Shown in pieces: positions 1 to 12,552 of a DNA stretch of 64,000 nt; positions within the stretch are counted from its first letter, which is position 1; every line of letters starts with the position of its first letter. The translations under genes and the position numbers were made by a program. The notes under the pieces were generated by a model. That model made no database searches. It was not told where the DNA came from and saw nothing but the letters and a program-made list of their open reading frames with translations. The stretch is from Spironucleus salmonicida (Eukaryota). The stretch is from contig NC_090597.1 in assembly GCF_000497125.1 (NCBI RefSeq), forward strand, positions 879,797 to 943,796, written 5' to 3'.

Positions 1-1920
1 GCTGGTAGCTTGCGTTAATAGGTGCTTACTGGATGAGATCAAAATTCTCCAGTTAGTGTTGGGTCATATTAATAGGCTAGTTTACAAGTGCATGATATGA
101 AAAGTGGTAACTGTAAGTCACTGAAACTGAATATATTATTCAACATTCGATCTAGTTCTTTATATCCTTAAACACCATACAAAGTAACGAAGCTAATTAT
201 ATTATATTTTTCTATTTCAAGTTCATTCTCGTGGTTCCATTACCATTAGGTAGTTGTATTCTCATTAAAGCCACTAGTATTTAATTATACTTTTACTATT
301 TTTATATAAATCTGTATCTAAAGTATCATTATAATTCGATACAAAATTGTCCTGTTATGCTAGTTTTACTGAGAGATGTCACAATCATTTTAATAATAAC
401 TATAAAATTAGCTAAGTTGTTCGAAATTGTAGGCTATGGTGATCGTACTGATACTGCATACATTAAATACTGATTAAGATACTATATAGCGAAATTAATT
501 CAGCGCCAGCCTGATAACCTATCTTCACTAATTGCGTAGGCAAAAAATAAGTCTGTTCCATACCACTAATATTTATTTCTGGATCACCTTCAGCAACTGC
601 TCTGGAAATTTGCCCAAATACTGTTAGAGTATCAGAATTATCAATCGTGCCACCTACAACGCTGCTTAGGCTAGGCACTGAAATTTAGCATTGTGGGTCA
701 TAAGAGTCAGAGCTTTATGAGATCCGGTAGTAGTCTACCAACAAAACTCAATATTTGCAAAAATATATACATGCCATGCTTCCAGTCGCTAAAGCACTTG
801 TGTTGATTGATTTTTAAATTTAGTGTCGTATGTATTCTTGTATGTTGGTATTTCTACACTTTAGTTAAGCTAATACTTTGAAGCAACATAAAAGTACTCA
901 CTGATACTTTCTAAGTTATAGTGTATTTATAACATCATTTATCGATAATTGGAACTTCATACTACTCAAGTATACCTAGCCATTATAAAATGATCTTTTG
1001 CTAGAAGAGCTACAAATAATAATATTTGGATAATTTATCGCTAACAGACTATTTTAGTTTAAGTAAGTACTACGCAACTAATATTATTAATATCCTGTAG
1101 AAACAGTAAGCATTTCAACTATTTAACTATAATGATCGTCTCTACCATAATTGTCCTGGTATGAAATAATTGCATACTTTAAAAAGTTTGACTTTATTAG
1201 TAACGTGTTACTATATGCGTAAATAGCTACTCACTAATTCGTTACATGATAACATGGAGTTCAAACTGCTAAAATAGTTTGTAGCACGATTTCTGTATAA
1301 TTCCATCATGATAATACTCAGATTCCGTCATTAGCAATCCAAGTATATTTAAGATATAAAATAATTTGCAATTGATATGCTACTATTGCTAGCTGAATAT
1401 AGCTGCTTGAGCATATTATTGTGATAGTAACTCTGTCATTATGCATGTTCCAATTATAATATTCTGGAGATAATATTTTCATATAAGTTTAAAACACCTT
1501 TAGAGATTTATAATGTAATCTACGCAAATTAATTATCACTAGTAAAGCTAATTAAGAATGTACGAAGTTTCAGAATGATACTCTAGTGTGTGATAGACTG
1601 GCAGCTACCTTGCTGATAGAATAGTAGAACATGCGCTTTGAGAATATAAAGAACCGTAGAGTAATACCATGATTGTGTTAAACTGACTATCTGTTATTAT
1701 TATGGCCCTCTTTAAAAAATTACTCAATATGGTGGTATTCAGCCAATAAAATTGTCATTGCAATGTGTATCTTAACTGTTCTTTCAATTTTAGCGTATAG
1801 TTTCACTCTTTCTATGATTAGAATTTGCATGGGTATATTTTCATATATAGGCTATTTTTGTTAAAATTAGCTTCTAAGCATATTATATTCATTCGGACGA
1901 TCTAACCCAAAATCATCATA
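1..1920 (-). repeat. Inverted segmental duplication, copy A (partner 33182-35098); contains eroded, possibly LRR-like coding relic
   Basis: Base 1 GCTGGTAGCTTGCGTTAATAGG is the reverse complement of 35077-35098, and near-identity continues to about 1920/33182. The content has broken frames with leucine-periodic stretches; the LRR call is tentative. Confidence 0.85.
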
Positions 1921-1946
1921 AACAGATTTAGTAGTAAATAGAATCA

Positions 1947-2760
1947 GATAGAAACGATATTAAACTTTTACTTCTACCTTGTCATATTTACTACCGTAAA
2001 TTTTTTTATATAGATATACTTAAATTTGGTATTTTATATATGTACTGAATAAAGCATATTGTACTATAGTATTATTCCAAATATTGCTGGAGACTTATTA
2101 ACACCAATCCGACCAATTGATTTAAGCTTCCATGGTTGAAAAATAATTATAACTTGCGAGCAGAAGCCTGAATGCAAATAAAGGTGTTAATGCAGTTCTG
2201 TACTTGTGGAAAGACTCTACAGTAATAGTATTTGAATCATTTTCTGCTATTAAGTACCAAACTAATTATTAATTATAATTTTTAAGTAACCTAAGTAGGA
2301 CAAAGATTATTAAATATGGTAAAATAAAATAAATATGTACAATAAATTTATTAGCATTACCTTTTTCCCCATACTTTAGTTTAATCAACATCGGTTAACT
2401 AGATATTTTCTTATTGAATTTTTAATATGATTAGTTAAAATTGACTGTTATTTTTTCTTGATGATGAACATATAAACCACAAAACTGACAATTACACCAA
2501 CCGTACCTATCATGCGGATATCTATTCCAATATATATCAAATACTCATCTGATGATCTGTGCATGGCAAGTACCATCTGTAGGAGAATCATCTTTACATT
2601 TAGAAATACCCCTGTAGTACCAAGGCACCATCCAAAAAGAGTACAAGATCATTTAAGGAGTTCCAAAATACATCACAATTTCATTATTCGTGTTGTGACC
2701 CATGAAATAACTAAGTCTTTCGGACGCTGATAAATGCTTGTTAACTCTTTTTGGATGGAC
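1947..2760 (+). repeat. Dispersed duplicated block (copies at ~27887-28720 and partly ~61270-61600) ending in a relic transmembrane tail on the minus strand
   Basis: GATATTAAACTTTTACTTCTACCTTGTCATATTTACTACCG recurs at ~27898. The minus strand reads ...TVGVIVSFVVYMFIIKKK here and ...TVGVTVGFLVYMFIVKKKQ in the 28382-28600 copy. Confidence 0.75.
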
Positions 2761-5098
2761 GCTTACTACTCTATCTTGTAATATTCTTTGCTAATATTTT
2801 GCATATTATATTTTATCGTCTACAAGTTAAATGTGCTACGATTCAGGCTAAAATTAACCATATTTTATTTTATGCCATTATACTATTTTATGTTTTAAAT
2901 TTTAAATTTTAAATTTATTTTATTTGTTATTTAAGGAAATAAGTATTATGGAAACTAGGATTATCTTTTATTAAAGATATATGGTTAACTATCAGTTATC
3001 GTACTTTCATTTTAATAATTATATTTTTGCTATATTATTTTAGTCCTTATTCAATTTATTTTCATAGCGTTTCTCGCTTTATCAAGAGTTTCTAAATATT
3101 ATAGTTTCATCTATTGGTATGAAAAATGAGTTAAATAGATAAAACAAAATATTGAATTTAAAAGTTAATACCCTTGAATTGTTTTCATGTTGCGGGCTGT
3201 TCAAACACAATCTCATACGTGTCATATTTCTCACGACCCGCTGTAGCCTAAACGAACTTTGAAATGAAGTTTTTAAGTATAATAAAACAGCTTTACAAAA
3301 TAATTTTTAAATTATTTAAAACATAAATTTCTGTAGCAGCAAAAGGTACAAGAGAAAAGTGAAAAGTGATGTGTACATTTTGGTTTTGTTAAAATAAATT
3401 ATTCATAGTTGTTTTATTAATCTGAAATTGATCATGGACTTTTTGCTTCTCTCTGTTCGATTTCCTACTATGTGGTTGTACGGTTTCAGCTATTACTTAA
3501 AACTTACAGCTATTTGTTAATTATTATCATAAAATATACTAAATAATAATTACGCAAATCGGTAAATATAATATGATAATTTAGAGGTATTATATAATTA
3601 TTTTGTGTCATTTGTACTAAACTATTTTGTGCTCAATTATGTATTAATACAATTAATAATTAAAATTCAATGTAAAGCCAAACCCTAGTTAATTCGTATA
3701 AAATTCATCTGATTAAGCAAGTTACATCCAAATATAACGGAAATCAGCGAGAAATAAATTTTGTGCTCATTGAATTTCTGATAATATTTGAAATTTATAT
3801 ATTCAGTAATTTATGCTTTCTTAATGGATATAATCTAGCTATTTATTAAATTGTTGGAAAATTGACAGTTTAACTCGTTTTGTTAAGTACTGCTATTAAT
3901 GATAGTAAAATTATAACCAAGCACCAGAAATTATAGAATCAACATATATACAATTGGTTCATTATTTAAAATACACCAAAATATATTATGATAAATAAAC
4001 TAAGTATAACCAATTGTTAAATTATCGTATGTATATAATAATTACAAAACGAATCCACAAATTATATTTTCTAAGATTAATATTAATTATATTTCTAAAT
4101 TAACAATTAATTAAATAAAAACTTCGTTAACCTGAAATAGATTATTACATAGATGTAGACTAATTTATGAAGTTTCAGTAATATTTCAATATTTGTAAAT
4201 ATATTCATTTATATTAATATAATCTATTTTTGAATGAATATATTAAATTTATATCTATTAATTATATATTACTAGCATTCATTTAATATTATTTTTTTTA
4301 ACTAAAATCCACATTATAGTTTACATCAAGTTTAATATAATATTTCGAAGTTCTATTTTCAGAAAATGACAGAAACAGGGACTTGCTCAAATAAAGTCTT
4401 CACCTGCAAGGCTGGAAATTTCTGCCCTGCAAATAGCTCAACGATCGTAAAATGTCAGCCATGCTCGGAAACTATGGTATATGGATAAAGTTGTTACTGC
4501 TAAGACAGCAAACCCATAGACAACTGCCAAGAATGTGCGGGTAATCGCTGCTCTAAATGCCTGTCTTAGACATTTTTATAAAATGGTAAATGCCTAGATT
4601 GTCCTCCTTACTGCGATACCTGTGCAGACACAAATTCTTGCATTACGTGCACCGAAGGTTACGAAAAGAATCCATATACCGGTATTTGTGAATTATTCTG
4701 TAAAAGTGAAGATGAGTGTCTGCGCATCGGAGAAGAGTTTGGGGAACCTGCTACATCAATGGCTTAAACTTGCATTCCGAATTGCTTAGTGTGCTTTACA
4801 ACCACAACTTGCGAGTTCTGCAATCCTAGTGGGTTTATCAGTACACTATCAGGGCAATGCACTAGCAAATGCGTAAATATTTAAAACGGAAATTACTGTG
4901 ACAACGGTACTGCAAAGCCTTGCGATGAAAATCTGACGTCAGAATGCAAATGTGGCCGTGCGGACTTTTGTGCTTCTTGTAATCAAGCTGGTACCTAGTG
5001 TAAAAGTGTTTGCCGCATATGAAATTTAACAAAACTGGCGAATGTGACGGTTGTGAGGACGGATTTGCTCTCGAAAGCAGCTAGTGCATACCCTGCAC
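2440..5098 (+). repeat. Direct segmental duplication (partner ~61270-63928) covering the upstream region and 5' module of a CRMP gene
   Basis: Near-identical intergenic sequence (CTCTATCTTGTAATATTCTTTGC at ~2769 and ~61609) and paralogous gene starts MTETGTCSN / MTDTGTCSN. Confidence 0.85.
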
Positions 5099-6104
5099 AG
5101 ACGAAAATTGCAAGACTTGTCCAGCTAAAAAAAATATCTGTACGGCGTGCAAAAATAACTTTATGGTGTAAAACGGCAAATGCGAAAAGCAATGCACCAC
5201 CATTGCCAACTGCACGGCCAGCCAAATTTGTGACAAAATCTGCAAAACCTGCACAGGCAACTGTGCCACGTGCAAGGACGCCGTCGACACCTGTATGACC
5301 TGCAAATCTGGATTTATCTTGGAAAACTAAAAATGTGCAGCCTGTCCCAGCGACTGCGCGAACTGCGACGGCGATAAAAATGATTGTAAAATTTGTAAAG
5401 AAGGCTTTTTCGCCAAAGATAAAATCTGCAATACTTGTGATGGAAACACGACCGAAAAGTGCAAGTGCAGGAATGCAGTAAATTGTGCTACCTGCGATTC
5501 TTCTGAGATAGGAAAGTGCGGAAACTGCATCACTGGCTATAAAAAGGCTGACGACGGTACCTGTTCCGCCTGCGCCGACGGCTATTTGATGGTCGAAATG
5601 GCCTGCAAGAAATGTTAGTAAACGTGCGCCACATGCTCATAAAGCATCGAAAAGTGTACCAGCTGCATCGATTCGCACGCCATGAGCATCAATTAGACGT
5701 GCGAGAAAAATTGCACGGGTGAACTTGAGGATGGAAAGGCGTGCACGGCAGAAGTGGTTATGGAGTGCGGTGGAAATGATCAGATAACTGCATGTGAATG
5801 TAAAGATGCTGCAAACTGCCTCAAATGCGATAGTTCTGACAATAAAAAATGTGAATCCTGTATGACAGGCTACAAATTTGTGAATTAACAGTGCGACAGC
5901 TGCATAGACGGGTACACTGCTGTTGGAAAGTTGTGCTTCCCATAGGACGATACGCTCAGTACCAACCTTTCTGGCGGAGCTGTTGCAGGCATTGTTATCG
6001 CAGTTCTGATCGTGGTTGGAGGAGTTGCTGGTGGCGCTTTCTGGTATATGAAGAAGTCCAAAGTTAATTAGGAAATAGAGAAGTATAATTTTAGCAGGTA
6101 GTGA
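4366..6104 (+). pseudogene. Cysteine-rich membrane protein (CRMP, VSP-like) with a single -1 frameshift
   Basis: ATG 4366 MTETGTCSNKVFTCKAGNFCP, CxxC repeats, TM segment [35 protein letters not shown] 6102-6104. The frame breaks at ~5002-5005 (TGTAAAAGTGT, one base short of the paralog's TGCGAAAAGTGT at ~63826), giving an early TGA at 5020-5022. Could be a homopolymer assembly error. Confidence 0.85.
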
Positions 6105-6199
6105 TAATTTACTTGGTATCAGGGTTTATGGGCAGTAAGCTGGAGATTCGAGTGGAAAGTATTCTATCGTTTCGATACGAGGGAGCATCATCTATGGTA

Positions 6200-7214
6200 A
6201 ATTGAACTCTCCATTAATTCTTTCAGCAAAAGTAACATCTTCTACATTAAATTAATAATAGTCAATTACTTATTCATTGACTAAAGCATTTGAGTCTAAT
6301 TAATTAATTTTAGTAATTATGTCATTAAATTATCTAATTCTTTTCTATGAGATAACTCCTTAAACCCTATCGTTTAGATTATTGATCATCTCATTGTACT
6401 TTTCTGTTTTAGTTTTTAATAATTTAATCTACTTGTTTTTATATACAGATGAGATTTATTTTTCTAGTATGAGTGATATTTAATTATTGTTCTACTTTAT
6501 TTAATCTTTTAAAATAGATATATGTTTGTAATCTTTTTAATATTTATTCTCTTAACCTATTTTAATTTTATCTGATTGTTATTACGATCTGATCTTTCTA
6601 ATCTTACTAATATCTTGTTTCAATAGTTTAGTTTAAGAATTATTTAAATCATCCTTTGATATTTCAACTAGTTTATTTTTCAATAACTTAATATGATGAA
6701 GCTATAACTTTTATTGCTATTATTTTTAGTAGTACTCTTAGAGAGATATCTCTCTTGAAGTATTGTTATATAACTTGCTACAATTTTTGCAGAATACCTT
6801 TAATGTTTGATTATACAAGCGCTGTGTGGTTGTGTTCTATTTTATAAACATAAAAATAGTGTTTTCAAGAATTACTATTTTATGTATTTACTTTCTTGAA
6901 TGTGACATCTTAATTATGCTCTATAAAGAATGAAGTCAAATTTGGTATTGAGAAGTTATCCCATGTTGTTGAGCTTGTTGACATCTTACTCTATGAGCTT
7001 ATCTGATTAAAAATACCTCTAGTTTGTCTCATAGGATGCTTAATTCGAATTCTGACCTAACGCTACCCGGCCCTCTTACAATCTCTAGAACGATCGCTTT
7101 CCACCATGGCCGGTTGAAATGTTATTTTGTTAAGTTATTCTGTTTCTATTTTATAAATTAATCTCTATGTTTGTTGATCATTTATTAGTCAAATTTGACT
7201 TTGATCGTATTCAT
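6200..7214 (-). pseudogene. Decayed AT-rich ORF of unknown function, next to 157-bp element copy 1
   Basis: ATG at 7214-7212 (MNTIKVKFDQQMINKHRDQFIKQKQNNLTKQHFNRPWWKAIVLEIVRGPG). K/Q/I-rich open stretches are interrupted by TGAs and frameshifts. The left boundary is approximate. Confidence 0.35.
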
Positions 7215-7221
7215 ATAATGG

Positions 7222-7378
7222 AGTAGTAAGTAATACATTCTAAAAGTATGGTTCAGTCGGCTTCGGTTAAAAAAAGGCAAGTCATGGTTATGATCGCAAC
7301 ACGGTCATAAAAAATTACTTTGACGGTTTTAAACTAGAGACTACGGGTGCATGCTGTTAGTACTAGTTACTTAATTCT
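7222..7378 (+). mobile_element. ~157-bp element with inverted-repeat ends (MITE-like, AGTAGT terminus), copy 1
   Basis: Starts AGTAGTAAGTAATAC, core GTCATGGTTATGATCGCAACACGGTCATAAAAA, ends TTAGTACTAGTTACTTAATTCT. Aligns by eye with 18935-19092 and with the reverse complement of 20475-20630. Confidence 0.65.
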
Positions 7379-8720
7379 AGAATAATAAATTATTGAAAAA
7401 TTAAATCTTAATAATAGAAACTAGCTTATTAAAGTGAATATAATAATATATGAAGCACAATTATTATATATTACTTAAATTATATATTATAATATATTTT
7501 AGTTATGTAATTTATTAATTAAATATGAAATTAAATGGTTTATGATAATGATTTAATTATTTATTAACCAAAACAAACTATTTTTACAATTATCTAAATT
7601 AAAAATAATAGTAATTTCCATTTCCTTAAAAGGATATTTATTGTACTTATTTAGTGTAGAACAAATATTGTTGAATGAGGATTATAATAACTAATATTTG
7701 TAACGTATTGATATAAATTTTAAATTGTAAGTTATCAAGATAACTAGTGTTATGATTTACAAATATTAATATATTAACATTAAAACAGATGAATGTTTGA
7801 AATAAATGTTACTGTTTGATAATATTTAATGATAATACATATTTGGTATAAGTAATCTCACATAATATATATTCGCTTTAAATATTATAACAAATCTACC
7901 ATTCATCGAATAAGCTTTGACTGCAAAGCATATGCGTAAATTCTAACGATATATTTGTAATACTTATATATTTTATTAAAATTTATCATCATATAAAATG
8001 ATTGATTACAAATAAAAATTATTTCAAATATAATGAAATCTACGCTTCTAATGAAATTCATATTTGATTATAAACATCTTAAATTATAGTTAAAACCTAA
8101 ACAGCATACATACCTCGATTCAATAGAGAACTAAATTGTAAATTTAAAAAACTTTACATTATTAAATTTAAATATTTAAATATATCTGTATACACATAAT
8201 AATCGTATGATATCTTGATTCTATTATCGGTTTAGGTATAAATATTGCTTTTAATAATATATATTGTTATTATATTTAATATATATATTTATATAAAATA
8301 GTTTATTATTAAAAATCACCATAGATAAATAATACTATAATAAGCATAATAAATAAATAAAAATATAAAATAATAGTTATATTTATATATTTAATACATA
8401 AACTTATTACATAATATTAATAACAAATCATGATTAATAATAAATAAACAAATAAAATATATGACAAACATTATTGTAATAAAATATATGTATTACTTAT
8501 AATTTTACGTATTATTTAACTTTTAAAAAATATAAAAATTAACAGTATATGAAGTTATCATCGATATAAATGAAGAACTATTTTTTAGTGTTTTTATGAT
8601 TTTATATTATTAATTTTAGAGTAGTTAATCCAAGTTAACCGCTTATCACAAAAAGCGAAACTATTTAATCCTAATTATTTATGAATTAAAGCACTTATCG
8701 TAAAATTTCATTAACTAAAA

Positions 8721-10568
8721 ATGTCCGGAACCTGTACTGATAGCCAAAATAATTGCAATGAAGGAAATTATTGCCCAACAGGAACTACTACTGAAAAAGT
8801 ATGCATTACATGCACTGTCGGTTGCCTTACTTGCTCAGGTACCACCTTATAAGACACTGTGTGCGCCACTTGCGCAGAAGGTCAGTTTGTTGATGACAAA
8901 AAATGTTCATCATGTGACTCCAAATGTAAAGTCTGTATCACTACTGCAACCACCTGTTCTGTCTGCCAAAACGATAACTTTTTAGAGAATAATACATGCA
9001 AAACATGTACTGCCAATCAGTTGAAGCCCTGCATGTGCACAGCCGCCCTTAATTGCACCACCTGCGCCAGCGATAAGACGAAGTGTGCCACCTGCAATGG
9101 AAATTACAATTAAGATGCTGCTACACCCTGCTCTACCTGCAACACCGGTTTTTTTGAGAGTACCACCGTTCCAAAAACCTGTACAGCATGCCCTGCCACC
9201 TGCCTCACCTGCACTTCTGCCACCGAATGCCAGACCTGCGCCAATGGCTACGTTTTGGCCGGTTCCACTTGCGTTCCTTGCGAAATTGCTCAGATGAAGC
9301 CCTGTGTATGCACGGATGCTGCGAATTGCGCCACCTGCGCCACCGACAACACTACATGCGCCACCTGCAACGGAAACTACAACCAAGATGCTGACACGCC
9401 CTGCTCGACCTGCAAGCCAACATTTTTCGAGGATACGACGACGAACCCAAAAACCTGCAAAGCCTGCTCAGCTAACTGCATCACCTGCTCTTCTGCGACC
9501 ACGTGTACACTTTGTTATGGTGGCTTCGCTGTTGAGAATAACAAGTGCGAAAAGTGTACAGCCTAAAACTGCGCGAACTGTACAGATGATAAGGACACCT
9601 GCATCGCCTGCAGATACGGATTTGACCTTATAGGCAACAATTGCGTCAAAAACTGCTCAACAGATTTCGATTGCAGCTCTACTGAAATTTGTCAAACGAC
9701 CTGCAAAACCTGCACTGACAACTGCGCTTCCTGCAAGAATACGCTTAGCGAGTGCAAAAGCTGCCTTTCAGGCTACATTTTGGAAGGCACCTCCTGTGCT
9801 AAATGCGGAGATAACTGCGCCAATTGCGACGGGAATAAAGCAGTCTGCCGGCTGTGCAAGCCCAACTTTTTCCTGAAGGATGGTACTTGCACGACCTGCG
9901 CCAGCAACACCGTGTAGCAGTGCGAATGCGATTTAGCCGTAAACTGCGCAACCTGCTAGGCTGCAGACGCTACAAAATGTGAAAATTGCATCACTGGGCT
10001 CAAGAAGTCGAATTTGGGTTCTTGCAACGAGTGCTCGGAAGGCTTTTTCATGAGCTAAAACTTGTGCTCCAAATGCGGTGACGTCTGCAAGAGCTGCTCA
10101 GGTGACGGGGAAAGGTGTGATACTTGTACTACTGGGCACACGATGAGCATAAACCAGACATGCGAAAAAGACTGCACTGATGCTGTTACTGATGGCAACG
10201 TTTGCGTTAGGGAGTAAGTAGTGGCGTGTGGGAGTGATAGTTAGACCGTCGCATGCAAATGCGACACTGCGGTAAACTGCTTCAAATGCAACGGGACTGA
10301 TAGCAAAAAATGTGAGTCCTGCATGCCAGGATACTAGCTTGCGGAAGAGGTCTGCACTGGGTGCACTGAGGGAGCTGAAGCTGTTGGTGCTTTTTGCTTT
10401 CTCTCTGGTAATAAGTCTAAAAATAACCTTTCTGGCGGAGCTATTGCCGGCATTGTAATTGCAGTTTTGATTGTTGCTAGTGCGATAGGTGGCGGGGTAT
10501 TCTGGTTTATGAGGCAGAAAAAGAAGACATCGGTGTCTGTTGAAGGGTCTGCTGGCATACAGGAATGA
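8721..10568 (+). CDS. Cysteine-rich membrane protein (CRMP, long-tail type), 615 aa
   Basis: [19 protein letters not shown], continuous with TAR=Gln. CxxC arrays, a 273-nt internal tandem unit (9006/9279), [38 protein letters not shown] 10566-10568. Confidence 0.92.
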
Positions 10569-12225
10569 AATATTTTATTGGTAGCATTTATAGATGTGTA
10601 AGAAGTTAGATCCTACCGGTACTAAAATTAATTAGATTATAATTGTTTACCTGTGACCATGCAATTTGTGAATGGTCCCGCTGCAGATGGGAGACTTCCC
10701 CTCAAAAGGCACAATAAATTGATTCACACCAGAGGATGTTAAGTAGAAAATTGTTTACTATATTGTGAACATTATCAGCTTAGGCGTGTTAATAAAACTG
10801 GTTTTAAAGTTAAAACATTGTTGTACATTTCTCTCAAATAGATTTTAAATTTTTATGTTACCTTTAAATAAACCTAGCATCGCTGTAATCACACTTACTC
10901 TACTATAAATTTAATAATATTTCTTAATTACATAATTAAATAAATATCATCCTTAACTGGATATAGATTTACATAACTAAAATTTCGTTAATAAATTTAG
11001 AAGAATCTTTATATTATATCTTGTTAAACACAATGAACAAGTTATTCCAAAATAACATTATATTGTATCTAAACAACAGTAAATATATACTCTCAATCGA
11101 AGATCTATACAAACTTTATTCCATCTTAAAGTTTAGTCGGTGCAACTAGAAATACTGATAATGCAGCATTCAGCAAGTACTAATGAAGATAGGCTCTTAT
11201 TTTTGCAAGCAACAGAGTCGTCTGACTAACCCGCTTTATTCGTAGCTTGTTTCGCCATTCATTTTAAAACTATATATTGGATACTATATGAAAAATAATA
11301 GCATTTTGTAAATAGAAGTGTTTTCTAAAATTCTTAATACTAGGATATTGTCCATATCGACTAGCCACTAGTACGACATAGTAGAGTACTGTATACAGGG
11401 AGGTAAAGTATAATAGTAAAAAATTTATACATCTGGTGCGTACTTAGTATAGCAGTTAAGCTTTATCGTGTTGCCTGTAATGATTTAGCTCACGATATCC
11501 AGTGACATTTTACTTATTCATAGTATAGAGTATAAATTTCGAAGAACAAAACATGCAAATACTGCAAAAATAGGTATGAACGATCCTTAAGGCCCCTAGG
11601 CTATATGACAACTTTCTTGGTTCTAACAATAACCATCATTCCCACAAGATGGTTGAATGCGAATATTTCTATCAAAAGTTATCACCTTGTGGGCGCATCT
11701 AGCTCACAAAAAATCACTACCAACCCGGCCAAACCTAAAACGCTGGAAAACATTCCAAGAAAAACTTCCCAGTTCACCGTATGCACACAAAAACACTCCA
11801 CACAAAACCCCACTCCAACACCAATAAAAAACACACAACTGCTCATCTCTCGGTCCCCATTTTCACGTAACGCCCTTCACGGCTATTTACCTGCCCGTTA
11901 AATATACTTACCCCATCTACACCTAAAAACACATCCAGCGATGCCTTATCGATGCCACCCGCTCCATATACCATAAATTCTGCACAAATTCCTATCCATA
12001 CATCGCGCAAGCTGCATTTGCAGCCTCATGCCCAATTTCTTACCCCGTTCCACTTCCTTGATTAATTTATCCGCACAACCTGAAGCAAACCTGGCAAGCA
12101 AGAAAATTACCAAAACGCCTAATTATCACATATAAATAGCACCTGCAAAACCACCACCCCCTTATATCATGTCAAAAACTTGAAGCGAACTCACTGAAAC
12201 GTATTCAGACAAACAGCAGCTGAAA

Positions 12226-12552
12226 ATGACACAATTAGAGCCGAATTTTAGTGTGCAGAAACCCGAATTCTTATAATCCTGCGAGCACCGCCTCATCGCG
12301 AAATTCCAGTCCTTTCCAGCAAATCGCAATTTCGCGTCCGTAAAATTTGGCGGTGCCAGTTCACGCAGGGTTTTGGTGGGGGGCGAAATTCAGAGAAATT
12401 CGATATATGCTAATCAGGTTATTAGCGATTTTGCGTATTTTTAGTGCTAAAATGACGAAAAATGGTTCAGTTTAGTGGAAAGAGATTTGAGGGCTTAGAA
12501 AGGCGATGTGTTGATTTTTGGGAAGTTTCTAGGCGTGTGCAGGCTAAAATGA
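12226..12552 (+). CDS. Possible hypothetical protein (108 aa) within a GC-richer, gene-like segment
   Basis: AAAATG start, MTQLEPNFSVQKPEFLQSCEHRLIAKF...GVCRLK, ending AAATGA. No recognisable domain. Confidence 0.3.
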
